From positions 96,001 through 160,000 of IMG/VR virus record IMGVR_UViG_3300035698_026482: a stretch of 64,000 nt of DNA, one strand, 5' to 3'. Positions 1 to 9,496 of this stretch are shown piece by piece. Origin of the DNA: a virus. Both the position numbers and the translations under genes were made by a program. Positions within the stretch are counted from its first letter, which is position 1. Every line of letters starts with the position of its first letter. The notes under the pieces are model-generated. The model made no database searches, was not told where the DNA came from, and saw nothing but the letters and a program-made list of their open reading frames with translations.

Positions 1-228
1 ATGCGCAATGTCCGCCAAGCTGTTAAACCACCATCCCAGAAGATCAACAATCTCCGGACTAATGTTTTGTGTTTTCGTATGAAAAATGTCCCCTCCGATA
101 TAGATGACATCCGGTTGTAATTCTGTTGCCTTCTTGAAGAAGGCTTCAAAAACGCTTTTAAACTCCCCGTGTCGTGTCAATCCACGAAAGTGAACATCTG
201 CGATATGTGCAATTTTAAATGCGGACAC
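1..228 (-). CDS. Metallophosphoesterase, SbcD/Mre11/gp47-like recombination nuclease (runs off the window edge)
   Basis: Not in the ORF track. Manual translation from GTG at 228 gives MSAFKIAHIADVHFRG...DVIYIGGDIFHTK, with the DxH and GD motifs of calcineurin-like phosphoesterases. The frame is open to position 1. Confidence 0.8.
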   Translation of the reverse strand, partial: MSAFKIAHIADVHFRGLTRHGEFKSVFEAFFKKATELQPDVIYIGGDIFHTKTQNISPEIVDLLGWWFNSLADIAH

Positions 229-260
229 TAAATAATTGTATAACTGTTACGTAAGTTTGT

Positions 261-1271
261 TCAAATTGTGATTGCAAATGAGCCGCTATTTGCTGACACG
301 TTTAAGTCAGCTATACGATCCATTAATGCCGATGCGGGTGTCCATCTTTTTGCCGCAGCGATGCATTGCATAATTTCTTCACGTGGCATTTCGCCCAAGT
401 CCTTATGCTCACCTAGATCCATTACTTTAACACTAATATCGTAGCTATACAAAAGTTTGGCTATCTTCTTTGTCTTCTGTTTTTCCTCGGCATCTAATGC
501 TAAAATAACAGGTGTGCCATTTTCAACAATGCGTCGAAATACGAGAAATCCAGAATCCATTGAGTTGCCCAACAGACATGCTGCGTTAGTCGGACAGTTC
601 AATGCATCAAATGCGCCTTCTGTCAAAACAAGTTCTTTGTTCCAGTCGATATCGAGCTCGTTAAAAACAACTGCATGTTTCTTCGTCGGCGCATTTCTGT
701 ATCTAGGAAATGTCCATTTTGAAATAGCGCGTGACATGAAAAAATTCAGTTGTCCTGCAGCGTCAAATGATGGAATTATTACTCTGTTGACATACAATTC
801 ATCATTCGAAAATCCAAGCTTGAACCGCCAAATATCATCATCAGTAAAACCTCTTTCTCTAACGTATCTAATAATTGCGCGATATTCAGGTATCATCGTG
901 TCTAAATTTTGCGCCATTAATCGAAATCCGGGTGGCAACGTGACAACCTCCGACTCTATCTGCTCCTCTTCGGATAATCTTGGGCGCTTTGATGGGAACG
1001 CCTTGGCGACTTCATCAAAGTAATTTCCTCTAAATCGCTTAATCAACCATGAAACATTGCCGCCCTTAGTACCACATACCCAACAATGATAGCGACCATC
1101 AGTTAGATGCACAGCAAGCTTAAGTTTATTTGATTGTTGTGCCGTCGAGCATTTCGGATCAGGACAATGACATGCTACATTAACACGATCTGCAGATTGA
1201 TGCAACTTTCCAAGTGCACGGCGAAGTGAATCAACCTTTGCTTGTCTACCATGCATCACATATAATGTCAC
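261..1271 (-). CDS. dnaG: DNA primase, DnaG/T4 gp61 type
   Basis: N-terminal Zn-binding motif (CHCPDPKC...HCWVCG), RVIIPSFD catalytic core, TOPRIM motifs EGAFDAL and LALDAE. Confidence 0.88.
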   Translation of the reverse strand: MTLYVMHGRQAKVDSLRRALGKLHQSADRVNVACHCPDPKCSTAQQSNKLKLAVHLTDGRYHCWVCGTKGGNVSWLIKRFRGNYFDEVAKAFPSKRPRLSEEEQIESEVVTLPPGFRLMAQNLDTMIPEYRAIIRYVRERGFTDDDIWRFKLGFSNDELYVNRVIIPSFDAAGQLNFFMSRAISKWTFPRYRNAPTKKHAVVFNELDIDWNKELVLTEGAFDALNCPTNAACLLGNSMDSGFLVFRRIVENGTPVILALDAEEKQKTKKIAKLLYSYDISVKVMDLGEHKDLGEMPREEIMQCIAAAKRWTPASALMDRIADLNVSANSGSFAITI

Positions 1272-1301
1272 ACAGGGATCATCAAATGTATTTTAGTGCA
1301 G

Positions 1302-1892
1302 CTAGATCGTGTAATTCTTACAGTCCTTGAATCCAGCAATTGCAATAACGTAGGCATCCATCATATCAAAGCAGCAATCCTGCATGCGCCCGAACGGGTT
1401 CGCCTTCGATGGTCTTGTTATTGGCCACACGAGTGGGTGTAAATCAGGATGCTTTAGCATCATTTGATCGTATACCTGTTGTTTTACGAAACGTGTATCC
1501 TTTTTTTCTTTTTTATCTACAGCTTTACGAATCTTAATTCCACATACGCCACGCGCACCGGACGAGCTGATATAAAGTGGGTCGATTCCAAATGCATCAC
1601 GGGCCGTATATGAAGCAATCCCGTTAACCTTTGCTAACAAAGATAATGTGTGTGCAGATGAAAATCCTTTTCTAAAGCGCTGCAACGACTCTTCAACGTA
1701 AAGACCTGTGAAGTTACCGGTCGTTGCAAGCCTCTTCAATTCATTTCTGATTGCGTCAGTCGTTTCCCAAAGTGATTTTTTCTTACGCGTATCGATGTAT
1801 CCAAGGTTGACCAACGTGCCTGTATCTGCATTCAAAATGGCGAACCCAGTGATAGCAGTTGAAACGTCAAGACCTATAATCAGGTCAGTCAT
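1302..1892 (-). CDS. ruvC: RuvC-like Holliday junction resolvase
   Basis: IIGLDVSTAITGFAIL, LYVEE and DMMDAYVIA acidic motifs of the RNase H/RuvC fold; adjacent to primase. Confidence 0.78.
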   Translation of the reverse strand: MTDLIIGLDVSTAITGFAILNADTGTLVNLGYIDTRKKKSLWETTDAIRNELKRLATTGNFTGLYVEESLQRFRKGFSSAHTLSLLAKVNGIASYTARDAFGIDPLYISSSGARGVCGIKIRKAVDKKEKKDTRFVKQQVYDQMMLKHPDLHPLVWPITRPSKANPFGRMQDCCFDMMDAYVIAIAGFKDCKNYTI

Positions 1893-2112
1893 CGAAATTG
1901 TGCTCTAATATTATCTTAGGCCACTCGTCAGCTGTGTCTTGTAGAACAATACGTATATGTTCACTTGCATTGCATTGCTTCATCGCCATTTTGAAATAAC
2001 GGCGGGCTTCTGTTAACTTGTCTGTTGATTTGCCTACAGTCGTAATCGAAATGGTCTCGCCAGACTTTGTACGATCTTGATAGTAAACAATGTATTTGTG
2101 TTTCATACGCAC
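1885..2112 (-). CDS. Hypothetical protein
   Basis: 75-aa ORF filling the gap in the co-oriented gene run and overlapping the next start. Confidence 0.55.
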   Translation of the reverse strand: MRMKHKYIVYYQDRTKSGETISITTVGKSTDKLTEARRYFKMAMKQCNASEHIRIVLQDTADEWPKIILEHNFDD

Positions 2113-2142
2113 ACATTACATAAAATGATGCATCGCATAAAA

Positions 2143-4560
2143 TCAAAAATCGATGCCCGGGCGAAAGCTAATCTTATCACCACTTCTTTTCATAACCGGC
2201 TGCGCTAGTGTGCATTTTGCAACAACATTTAAATTCTCGTCATGGAGATTAATACCTGTAATGTATACAAAGTCTCTATCAAATTCATTTGCATCTAGGC
2301 TTGCGGAAGCTGGCACAAATGCAGGGTTTGACGATGAATTTATCATGCCAGCTGGCGCCTGGACACGTACCTTAAATGTATGAATATTGCGGACACCTTC
2401 AAATTCTAGTTCATGGGCCTCTTTGCCGAAGAATGGCAAGTTCGGACTCTTGACAACTACAAGCCCTTCATCGTATAAGATGTTACCAACAGATGTCCAC
2501 TCTGGATGTGCTGTTAACGCATCTGCGCGGTAAAGCGATCCGAATCCGTTATCCTTAAGCTTAATAGATACTCTTCCGCCCGATCCTGTAACTGCTGGGT
2601 CAGTAATTTCGAACGTGCCAGGATTAAATCTATTACCGTAAAAAATATTGCTAGCGTCAAAGATCGCAATCTCGTTAGATGAATTGTCACGTGTACGTTG
2701 GTAAACCGCTAAAACTTCGCCTGGGTCAACGCCAAGATTATCGGGCGTGGCGCCAACAACATCACCGAATAATGTCCCAGATTCGTTTGTAATCGTTGAA
2801 TACCAAGAGTTGTCTGGGATCAGTTCTGTTAAGCTAATTAGCGTTGGATCATATATTCCCAGGTCATTCGTGTACTTGTAATTCAAGCTTGAGGATGCTG
2901 GAACAAAATCAATTGTGCCTGTTGCAATCAAGCGATAATCAGGTATGAATTGTCCGTCATCACATGGGAGAATTGTCAAATTTCGCTTTCGAACAGATGC
3001 AGTCGAATACAGAAAATCATTCATTGCTTTCGTATCCGAATTCTCCGTTATTTGTGATGCTGTCAATGCCCACGCCCGAGGATAATTCGCATTTGCGAAA
3101 TCTCTTGTAAAATTTTCAAGATTCAAATAATGACCACCGACGCCAAATGATAGCGCAACATTAAATGGATCGTCTGTACGTCCATTAATTGCGAAGAATG
3201 GTGTTTGTAGAATACCACCGATGCTGTCAACTTCGGTTCGAAACGGTGACTCAGGTGTAAAGAATGGGGGCAGGTAAAAGGCTAAATCATCGAGGTCATC
3301 GACGACAGAGGTAAGTGACGCAGAATATATTTCGTGAGTTGAAAGACTTTTTTTCCAGATTTTCAACTCATGAACTTCCGCGTTTAACGGGTGCGAAAAT
3401 TCGAATTGATCTGTTTGCGGTGCATCACCTGCAATTGTTGTCAACTCGGGCAGACCTTCTCTCAATGATGGGTCTGATGTGAAGAATATGCTTGAGCTAA
3501 GCGTGTTTCCTGTGTAGTAATTTCCGACGAATAACACGTCTGGACTATTTGTCAATCCTGTAAGTAGGGATGCCGAGGGAATAACAAAATTGCCCACGTT
3601 TTCGCCGTCAACAATAAATGAGCCTGATCCGTCATTAACGGCATTTGTACCCCATTTAACTGATACATGATGCCAATGGTTTTTTGATAGCACGTTATCA
3701 TCAGACAAAAAGATGCCGCTTGCGCTATCAACAATTTGCGAAGGTTCAGTCGCTGTGCCTTCTAAAACCTGCAAGGCCAATCTAAATTGATCAACGAATC
3801 CATTTTTATCTTTGTGCGTGCCTGATAGGATTGACACTGCATACACATCAGGCAGATGAAAAAGCGTGCCTGGTCGCCATGGATCGCCTGCATTCGGTGT
3901 TGTATATCGTGGGTTTATGCGAAAGTCGAACGTGAATGGTCCCGGTGGCAAATATACATTACCAGATACACTGCCAGAGGCTGCGAGACCTGCCCCGGCG
4001 TTCTGATTCGCATACATTAATACTGTATCGGTAGGCACAGGTTCAGTACCGTCTTCATTCGATCCAGTAAAGAAATTTATCGTGTGATAATTGCTATATG
4101 CCCATTGCATTGACGGGTAAACATCGCGATAGTATGGATACAGTATTTCGCGAATTATTCGCTTTCGACCAAAATCTTTATTAAAGAAAAATGGGGTTTC
4201 GAAACGGACGATCTCAAGCGTTTGTTGTTTTCGGGCAGATCGATCTAACGAGTTTGCCCTTGTTAACAAATTTTGTAATGCGCCAAAATTGTTACCTGCA
4301 GTTACAGCGATTCTTTTCGCATCTGCATATAATCCGTCGATGTCACGACCACCTTCATTTGTGGCAGTATCAAGAAACGGTGATAGCGGGCGCGGATCTT
4401 TTTCTATAGTTGATGCCCTTGCGAATAGGGCAACATTGCCGGTAACAGCGCTATAGGTTCCAGAAACAGCATCATACCCATTCGCGGTATATTCGCGGCT
4501 AGGATTCGTTTGAACTGTAAAATGTTCAAAATGTTCCGGAAGTATTCTAATGATGGTCAT
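2143..4560 (-). CDS. Virion structural protein with LamG/concanavalin-A-like domain and tail-collar-like C-terminus
   Basis: LamG hallmarks (FTFDFRINP, NHWHHVSVKW, HELKIWKKSLS). C-terminal YITGINLHDENLNVVAKCTLAQP resembles tail-collar/baseplate motifs. Confidence 0.6.
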   Translation of the reverse strand: MTIIRILPEHFEHFTVQTNPSREYTANGYDAVSGTYSAVTGNVALFARASTIEKDPRPLSPFLDTATNEGGRDIDGLYADAKRIAVTAGNNFGALQNLLTRANSLDRSARKQQTLEIVRFETPFFFNKDFGRKRIIREILYPYYRDVYPSMQWAYSNYHTINFFTGSNEDGTEPVPTDTVLMYANQNAGAGLAASGSVSGNVYLPPGPFTFDFRINPRYTTPNAGDPWRPGTLFHLPDVYAVSILSGTHKDKNGFVDQFRLALQVLEGTATEPSQIVDSASGIFLSDDNVLSKNHWHHVSVKWGTNAVNDGSGSFIVDGENVGNFVIPSASLLTGLTNSPDVLFVGNYYTGNTLSSSIFFTSDPSLREGLPELTTIAGDAPQTDQFEFSHPLNAEVHELKIWKKSLSTHEIYSASLTSVVDDLDDLAFYLPPFFTPESPFRTEVDSIGGILQTPFFAINGRTDDPFNVALSFGVGGHYLNLENFTRDFANANYPRAWALTASQITENSDTKAMNDFLYSTASVRKRNLTILPCDDGQFIPDYRLIATGTIDFVPASSSLNYKYTNDLGIYDPTLISLTELIPDNSWYSTITNESGTLFGDVVGATPDNLGVDPGEVLAVYQRTRDNSSNEIAIFDASNIFYGNRFNPGTFEITDPAVTGSGGRVSIKLKDNGFGSLYRADALTAHPEWTSVGNILYDEGLVVVKSPNLPFFGKEAHELEFEGVRNIHTFKVRVQAPAGMINSSSNPAFVPASASLDANEFDRDFVYITGINLHDENLNVVAKCTLAQPVMKRSGDKISFRPGIDF

Positions 4561-4569
4561 GTTTCACTG

Positions 4570-4715
4570 TCGCGATCACATTTCACACGAGCCCTCGTGA
4601 GGGTCTCTAATTTTTGCCATTGGAATATCCATCCTCTAGGTTAGAGACCCCCATGATTGCCCCTATGAAATGTGAGACTAGGGTGTGGGGCTTCATAGGA
4701 TATGTGGCTCGTTAG
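4570..4715 (-). ncRNA. Candidate structured RNA (three-way junction plus pseudoknot), family unknown
   Basis: Four perfect complementary pairs in ~140 nt of intergenic DNA: 4706-4712/4587-4593 (7 bp), 4692-4699/4662-4669 (8 bp), 4641-4650/4601-4610 (10 bp), 4666-4675/4576-4585 (10 bp). Confidence 0.5.
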
Positions 4716-4722
4716 ACGTGTA

Positions 4723-4729
4723 TAACTAT
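4723..4729 (-). promoter_or_regulatory. ATAGTTA motif, putative phage promoter
   Basis: Same heptamer class as at 9752, 33429 and 61495; lies directly 5' of the structured region. Confidence 0.4.
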
Positions 4730-4748
4730 TCCCGCGATTGAATTGCGA

Positions 4749-6449
4749 TCATACATCAATCGTATACACCGTGTTAGTATCGCCCCAAACTCGGCAAACA
4801 CGTGCCTGTTGGGCAACGGTTGCTTGTGACATATCTTTTTTTGCCTTGATATGAAAACGATCAAGCCTTGTAACAAAGTCTGTCCACCAGAATCGAGGCT
4901 GCGTTTCATGTATTAGCTTATATCCTGAAGACGGATACCCGTCACCTGAGGAGATCCTCATATCGGCATATGTGATTAATCCTATTCTTTCATTTTCGCG
5001 AGCTATTTTTAGTGCATGCTTCGTTAGCTTAGACAGGCCACCAATAACTGCACAATCACGCTTAATCGCAAACCTAGCAACTTCGTAACGTTTTTCATAT
5101 ATCTTTTTTTGTGGGGAACGTAGCGATATCGCACAAACAAGTTCATCATCATATACTAGTCCATACGCAGATTTAGCACGAATGTCTCCTGCAATATGAT
5201 TCTCGTCGAAGAAAGAGCGACGCTGTTCTCTTGTTAGTTTCACCAATTCACACTTTCTAGCAAAGATTTTTCTATCAGCATCGCCAAGTCGATATCTTAT
5301 CATCGAGGTAATAAGATCTTTTTTGTCGCGCCACTCGTCTTCAAAAATTGTAATGACACGATATCCAAGCTTTTCAGCTAGCTTACGTTTTAGCTGTGTT
5401 CGCCTACTGTCTGCTTCAACAGCTTCACTATGCCAGTATAATCCATGATATTCGATTGCTAATTTGTTATTGGGAAATACAATGTCAAGTTCATATGGGC
5501 GAATTAGCTGCCAATTAGATACTTCAGGTTTATATCCAAGTGCTAAGAACGTATTGGCGATATCTTGTTGTCCAATAGAAACAGACTGCTGTCTATCACA
5601 TAACATGCATCGCGGCGCTAATAACACGCTGCTAAGAACCCTTGCATCACTCTTACCACATTGTGCGCAGGCTACGTTAACAGGCATCATTATTCCTGTA
5701 TATGTCTCAAGCGTAACTGTCGGGGTTATGGCAATTGTTTCGTTCTCGGCAACGATTGCTAATCTTTTTGATAGCTCTTCATATGAAAGTCGATTACTGT
5801 CGCTTATTTTTTTCGCAGTAAGTCTAAGTTGAGCTTGACCTTCTTTCGTTTTATAGAACTTTGATTGCTCTTGTCCACGAGTCTTATGAAAATCTATACC
5901 GTCAGGGGAAGAAGCCCATTTTGCAACGCTAATAGCAACCTGCTGCTTTTTTAATTTGCCAACATCCGAGTCCCAAAATTGCTTAAGAGTAAGACTTCGA
6001 CGCTTATTAATTGCGCGGCCGTATTCAGTTTTGTATAGCTCCTTACACGCCTTTGAACGCTTTGCTATTAGCGTTTGACCTTCAGCTGTCTTATAAAATT
6101 GACGCATAGCGAAAGAGCGCTTTTTGGCGGCCAGCTTTACAGCGTTAGAGCCACTCAGCGCGCTTGATAGATTAAGACGATGATTAGCAGTTAAAGGCTT
6201 CCCTTTACGTCGTTTCGAAATACTTTCCCGCATGTCAGTAGTGTAATGGCCACTGACCAATGACATGAATTTGATGCCATTATGAAATCTTGTATACTGT
6301 CCACATCCACACAAGCACATTGGGCGTATGCCGCTGTGCACATGCTTAACAACATAATCTTCATAGGAAATGTCTAGGTGACATTTACGTAGATGATGCT
6401 TAAGGGCACAACGTGATTTCGTTAATAACCCGCATTCCAAACATTTCAT
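4749..6449 (-). mobile_element. Free-standing homing-endonuclease-like gene (C2H2 Zn finger, CxCGC/NUMOD3-like region, 20-aa repeats, Zn ribbon, Vsr/DUF559-like nuclease, Hef-like C-terminal domain)
   Basis: CLECG...HHLRKCH; CLCGCGQ; CAQC...CMLC; YELDIVFPNNKLAIEYHGLYWHS nuclease motif; C-terminal EVARFA...ITYADMRISSGDGY region typical of phage Hef-like endonucleases. Interrupts a structural operon. Confidence 0.7.
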
Positions 6450-6485
6450 ATAAAGAAAATAGACTTAACACACGTATGTGTTTAA

Positions 6486-6515
6486 CACCACTTACACATT
6501 AATGTGTAAGTGGTG
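6486..6515. repeat. Perfect 30-bp palindrome
   Basis: CACCACTTACACATT|AATGTGTAAGTGGTG is its own reverse complement. A smaller hairpin (6467-6482, AACACA-CGTA-TGTGTT) is adjacent. Confidence 0.95.
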
Positions 6516-6531
6516 GATATCATTAACAAAA

Positions 6532-7752
6532 TTAGTAGTCCATTCGCACGGTATATGTCACGTCGCGTTCGTCATTTTTTTCAATTGGGCGCGAAAACTT
6601 GGCCACTGCCAACAGGTTGTCATTCCCATCATAGAAGCCGAGAGTTGTAATCATAGTAAACGACTTTTGGGTCTCTTCTTGACCCTCGTCAATTACAACA
6701 ATACGATCGTCAGCATCAACATACGTCGGATTCGATGAATAATTGAATTCATCAGCGCCTAGTCGTGCAAAAATCAGTGTTGAATTGATATTCGTGATGT
6801 TTTCATAGACGACTGCCGATAATGTGCCTGATCCGAATCGCGTCGAGGCCACATGATCAATAATATCATCAATTGACGCTGACACAACAAAATCCGGAAT
6901 GAATGAAGCCGAAACAATCATTTCACCTGGACCAGCATCAGTATTTGTTGATGTGGTGCCTGCCTTCATGGCGTCGATTACGCCTGTCATTACTTGATCT
7001 GCCTTTGTGACCTTCGCCATATCAAGCACAACAATACCTGCATCGTTAAACAAAAGACCAACTGTACGTGTGGTGTCAGATGCATCTACAATGTCTGATA
7101 CCTGTCCACCAAATGTAACTTCCTTGTTGGTTGATGCGCCAATATCGGTGTAGATTGAAAATCCAGAGGGATCCGAATCAACTATTTGTAGGTTGGAACC
7201 TGTAGTGTTTACAGTATCCTTATGTGAAAGTGATCCTGTTTGATAGAATCCCAGCACGAATGTCTCGCGCTTCATTTGATCGCGATGAAACAAGCGCTTG
7301 AAGTCTAGAAATAGTGCTGCATCAATAGTATCACTGGCGGTGCTTGACCCAAATGGAGCAACAAATGCGGAGTCGGCGCTGCCTAGCAATTTCTGTGCAT
7401 GCTGCTGATACATGAAGATCTTTTCACGCATCATCATTGTACTGGATGGAAAAAGAAATTTCCCGTTTGCATCTTCTCCAGATTTAAAGCCCTCAACGAT
7501 AGATGATGTATGATACAGGCCCATCGTTATATCAAGCACTGGATTGGCCGTTTGGGCCGTAAACGCTTGATCATGAACGGTGTGAAACAATGAGCTTGTT
7601 ACGCCGGGTCCTATACCTCCCGTGACCCACACTTGATATTGCTCGCGGGTTGCGGATCCAGAAATATCTTCTTGAATCACGTCAACGATCTGGTCTAAAA
7701 ATGACCGTCGTGTTTTAAAATCGTTCGACGAGAGCTCTTTCCAGGTTGACAC
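6532..7752 (-). CDS. Tail/baseplate structural protein with tail-collar-like C-terminus
   Basis: FNYSSNPTY...ITTLGFYDGNDNLLAVAKFSRPIEK...VRMDY C-terminus, paralogous to the end of 2143-4560. Confidence 0.55.
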   Translation of the reverse strand: MSTWKELSSNDFKTRRSFLDQIVDVIQEDISGSATREQYQVWVTGGIGPGVTSSLFHTVHDQAFTAQTANPVLDITMGLYHTSSIVEGFKSGEDANGKFLFPSSTMMMREKIFMYQQHAQKLLGSADSAFVAPFGSSTASDTIDAALFLDFKRLFHRDQMKRETFVLGFYQTGSLSHKDTVNTTGSNLQIVDSDPSGFSIYTDIGASTNKEVTFGGQVSDIVDASDTTRTVGLLFNDAGIVVLDMAKVTKADQVMTGVIDAMKAGTTSTNTDAGPGEMIVSASFIPDFVVSASIDDIIDHVASTRFGSGTLSAVVYENITNINSTLIFARLGADEFNYSSNPTYVDADDRIVVIDEGQEETQKSFTMITTLGFYDGNDNLLAVAKFSRPIEKNDERDVTYTVRMDY

Positions 7753-8676
7753 TTATGCTATCCCCTCTACAACATCAACAATTTGTTGATCAGTCATTGA
7801 ATTAAGTTTTTTATCAGTTAAACGTAACATTTTTTTTCCGTTATGAGCGCACCATTCAATTTGTTGAGCGTCAAGTAATTGTTTGGCGTTTATCGCATAT
7901 GCCTGTGTGCCGGGCTTTGCATTGACTGAGCCGCCTTCGCCGTGCCAATATACACCATCGACCTGAATGTATAACTCGTGATGCTTTATATACATGTCAA
8001 TATCCCATCCGTTCAAGCGTACATGAGTTTCTACATAGCTATCGCCGTACGCCGACCTAAGCACCTGTACAACACGGCGCTCTACCCATGATTCATTAAA
8101 TGTACCATTTTTGCGTTTTGTAGCATGAGACTTTTTTCTAATCGTAGTGCTCTGCATTGGACTATAGACACCATGGCGATGTTGCATAGTCCGATGATAC
8201 TTCTCAGAAACAACAGGATTATCATGAATCGGCGCTGGTGATCCATATTTCTCGATGCGAGTCTCAATCATCTTATCTTTTGTTGCCTTAAGCTTGGTCG
8301 GATGACATCCGTACTTATTATCAAATACCTTCTTAATCTTCTTTTGAACAGTAGTTGATGCAATTGCATGTTCGTGACCATAGCGTTCAAGGTTTGTGGC
8401 TTTCGTTTTTGTGCGAACAGCTGCATTTTGATGCGGATAATCAACGCCATAACGCTCACGACAAGTTATAACGCATTTGACGTGTTTTGCGGCGCCCGTT
8501 TTTTGGGCAACATTTGAACATTTCCGCGAACAAAAATGCAAGTCTTGTGACACAAAATGCACAGAATACTTCTTCATAAACGATTCGCTGCATGAATCGC
8601 ATGTCATTACCGACGTTTTTTTCGGTCTGGACATTCCCCAGCGCTCGCTGGGGCTTATTAGAGTTTTAGTGTACAT
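7753..8676 (-). mobile_element. Free-standing homing-endonuclease-like gene (Zn finger, E[RK]YG repeats, Vsr/DUF559-like nuclease)
   Basis: CDSC...FCSRKC, six ~23-aa E[RK]YG-type repeats, WDIDMY...YIQVDGVYWHG nuclease motif. True start may be internal MSRPKK. Confidence 0.7.
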
Positions 8677-8689
8677 ATCAATTTATCTT

Positions 8690-9403
8690 TTAGCCCGTCT
8701 TCGAAATCTGAACTTCAAATTCTTTTACAGCGCCCGATTGCGCACCGGAAACCTTGACAAACGTCTTTATAAGGTTCTTGTTTGCTTTTTGGCCAAAAAT
8801 TGTAAATTGAGCATCTGTAATCGCCCTGACCTGTAGCGTGAATGTTAACTGTGATCCACCGAGTGTTGTTTCACCTGCGTCACGACTAAGAAGGAACGTT
8901 GCCCTACGCTGGAAATCAATGTCGTCGGCGACTTGGCCTGCAACTTCAAGAAACTGACTATCAAGAGTAATGATAAAGATCTGATCACGTAACTCAGGAT
9001 CAATTTCATCTTCGTCTTGAATTGTCTGTGCAAGTTGTAGACGACGTGCCGTATTGGTCACACGACTCATGGAGACAACAGCGGCAGTTGAATCTAGACC
9101 TTCACCTGTTAGTTGTACACGAGGCAGGCGTATTAGGTTTGGATTTGAAACACTAATAGCACGATACTTGAGCGCAAGGTTGCCATTCGTTTGGGCCTCG
9201 AAGATAGGCGTATTCTTCTCAATCTTCTCCTTGCCAAGCGTCCGCCCGAATTGTCTAATGATGTTATAATTGACCTCATCGTCAGCGGCTGCAAATTTGA
9301 CAATGTCAAAGCTGCCATCGTTACGGGCAAGGAATTGTCTGCCCGTGTCCGTCAGGACGCAGTCGAGGATGATATTATTGGTGGAATGCTGTAGAAAACC
9401 CAT
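8690..9403 (-). CDS. Tail/baseplate structural protein
   Basis: DCVLTDTGRQFLARNDGSFDIVKFAAADDEVNY N-terminus resembles the start of tail-collar-type domains; paralog of 18473-19396. Confidence 0.5.
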   Translation of the reverse strand: MGFLQHSTNNIILDCVLTDTGRQFLARNDGSFDIVKFAAADDEVNYNIIRQFGRTLGKEKIEKNTPIFEAQTNGNLALKYRAISVSNPNLIRLPRVQLTGEGLDSTAAVVSMSRVTNTARRLQLAQTIQDEDEIDPELRDQIFIITLDSQFLEVAGQVADDIDFQRRATFLLSRDAGETTLGGSQLTFTLQVRAITDAQFTIFGQKANKNLIKTFVKVSGAQSGAVKEFEVQISKTG

Positions 9404-9496
9404 GATGTGATATCTTTATATCTTGGTAGCTTGCTTGTTGATCGTCAACGACGTGTGGTATGTGGTTCATGATTGGGTAGATTGACTATGATTGAA

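Noticed and set aside
4570-4715. Known small ribozyme (HDV-like, hammerhead)
   Set aside because: No CUGAUGA/GAAA core, and no P3/L3 between the pseudoknot strands as HDV topology requires. Kept as an unknown motif pending Infernal search.
4561-8689. Group I/II introns housing the endonucleases
   Set aside because: Flanking genes have intact-looking starts and ends, and no group I P7 (R/S) or group II domain V consensus was found.
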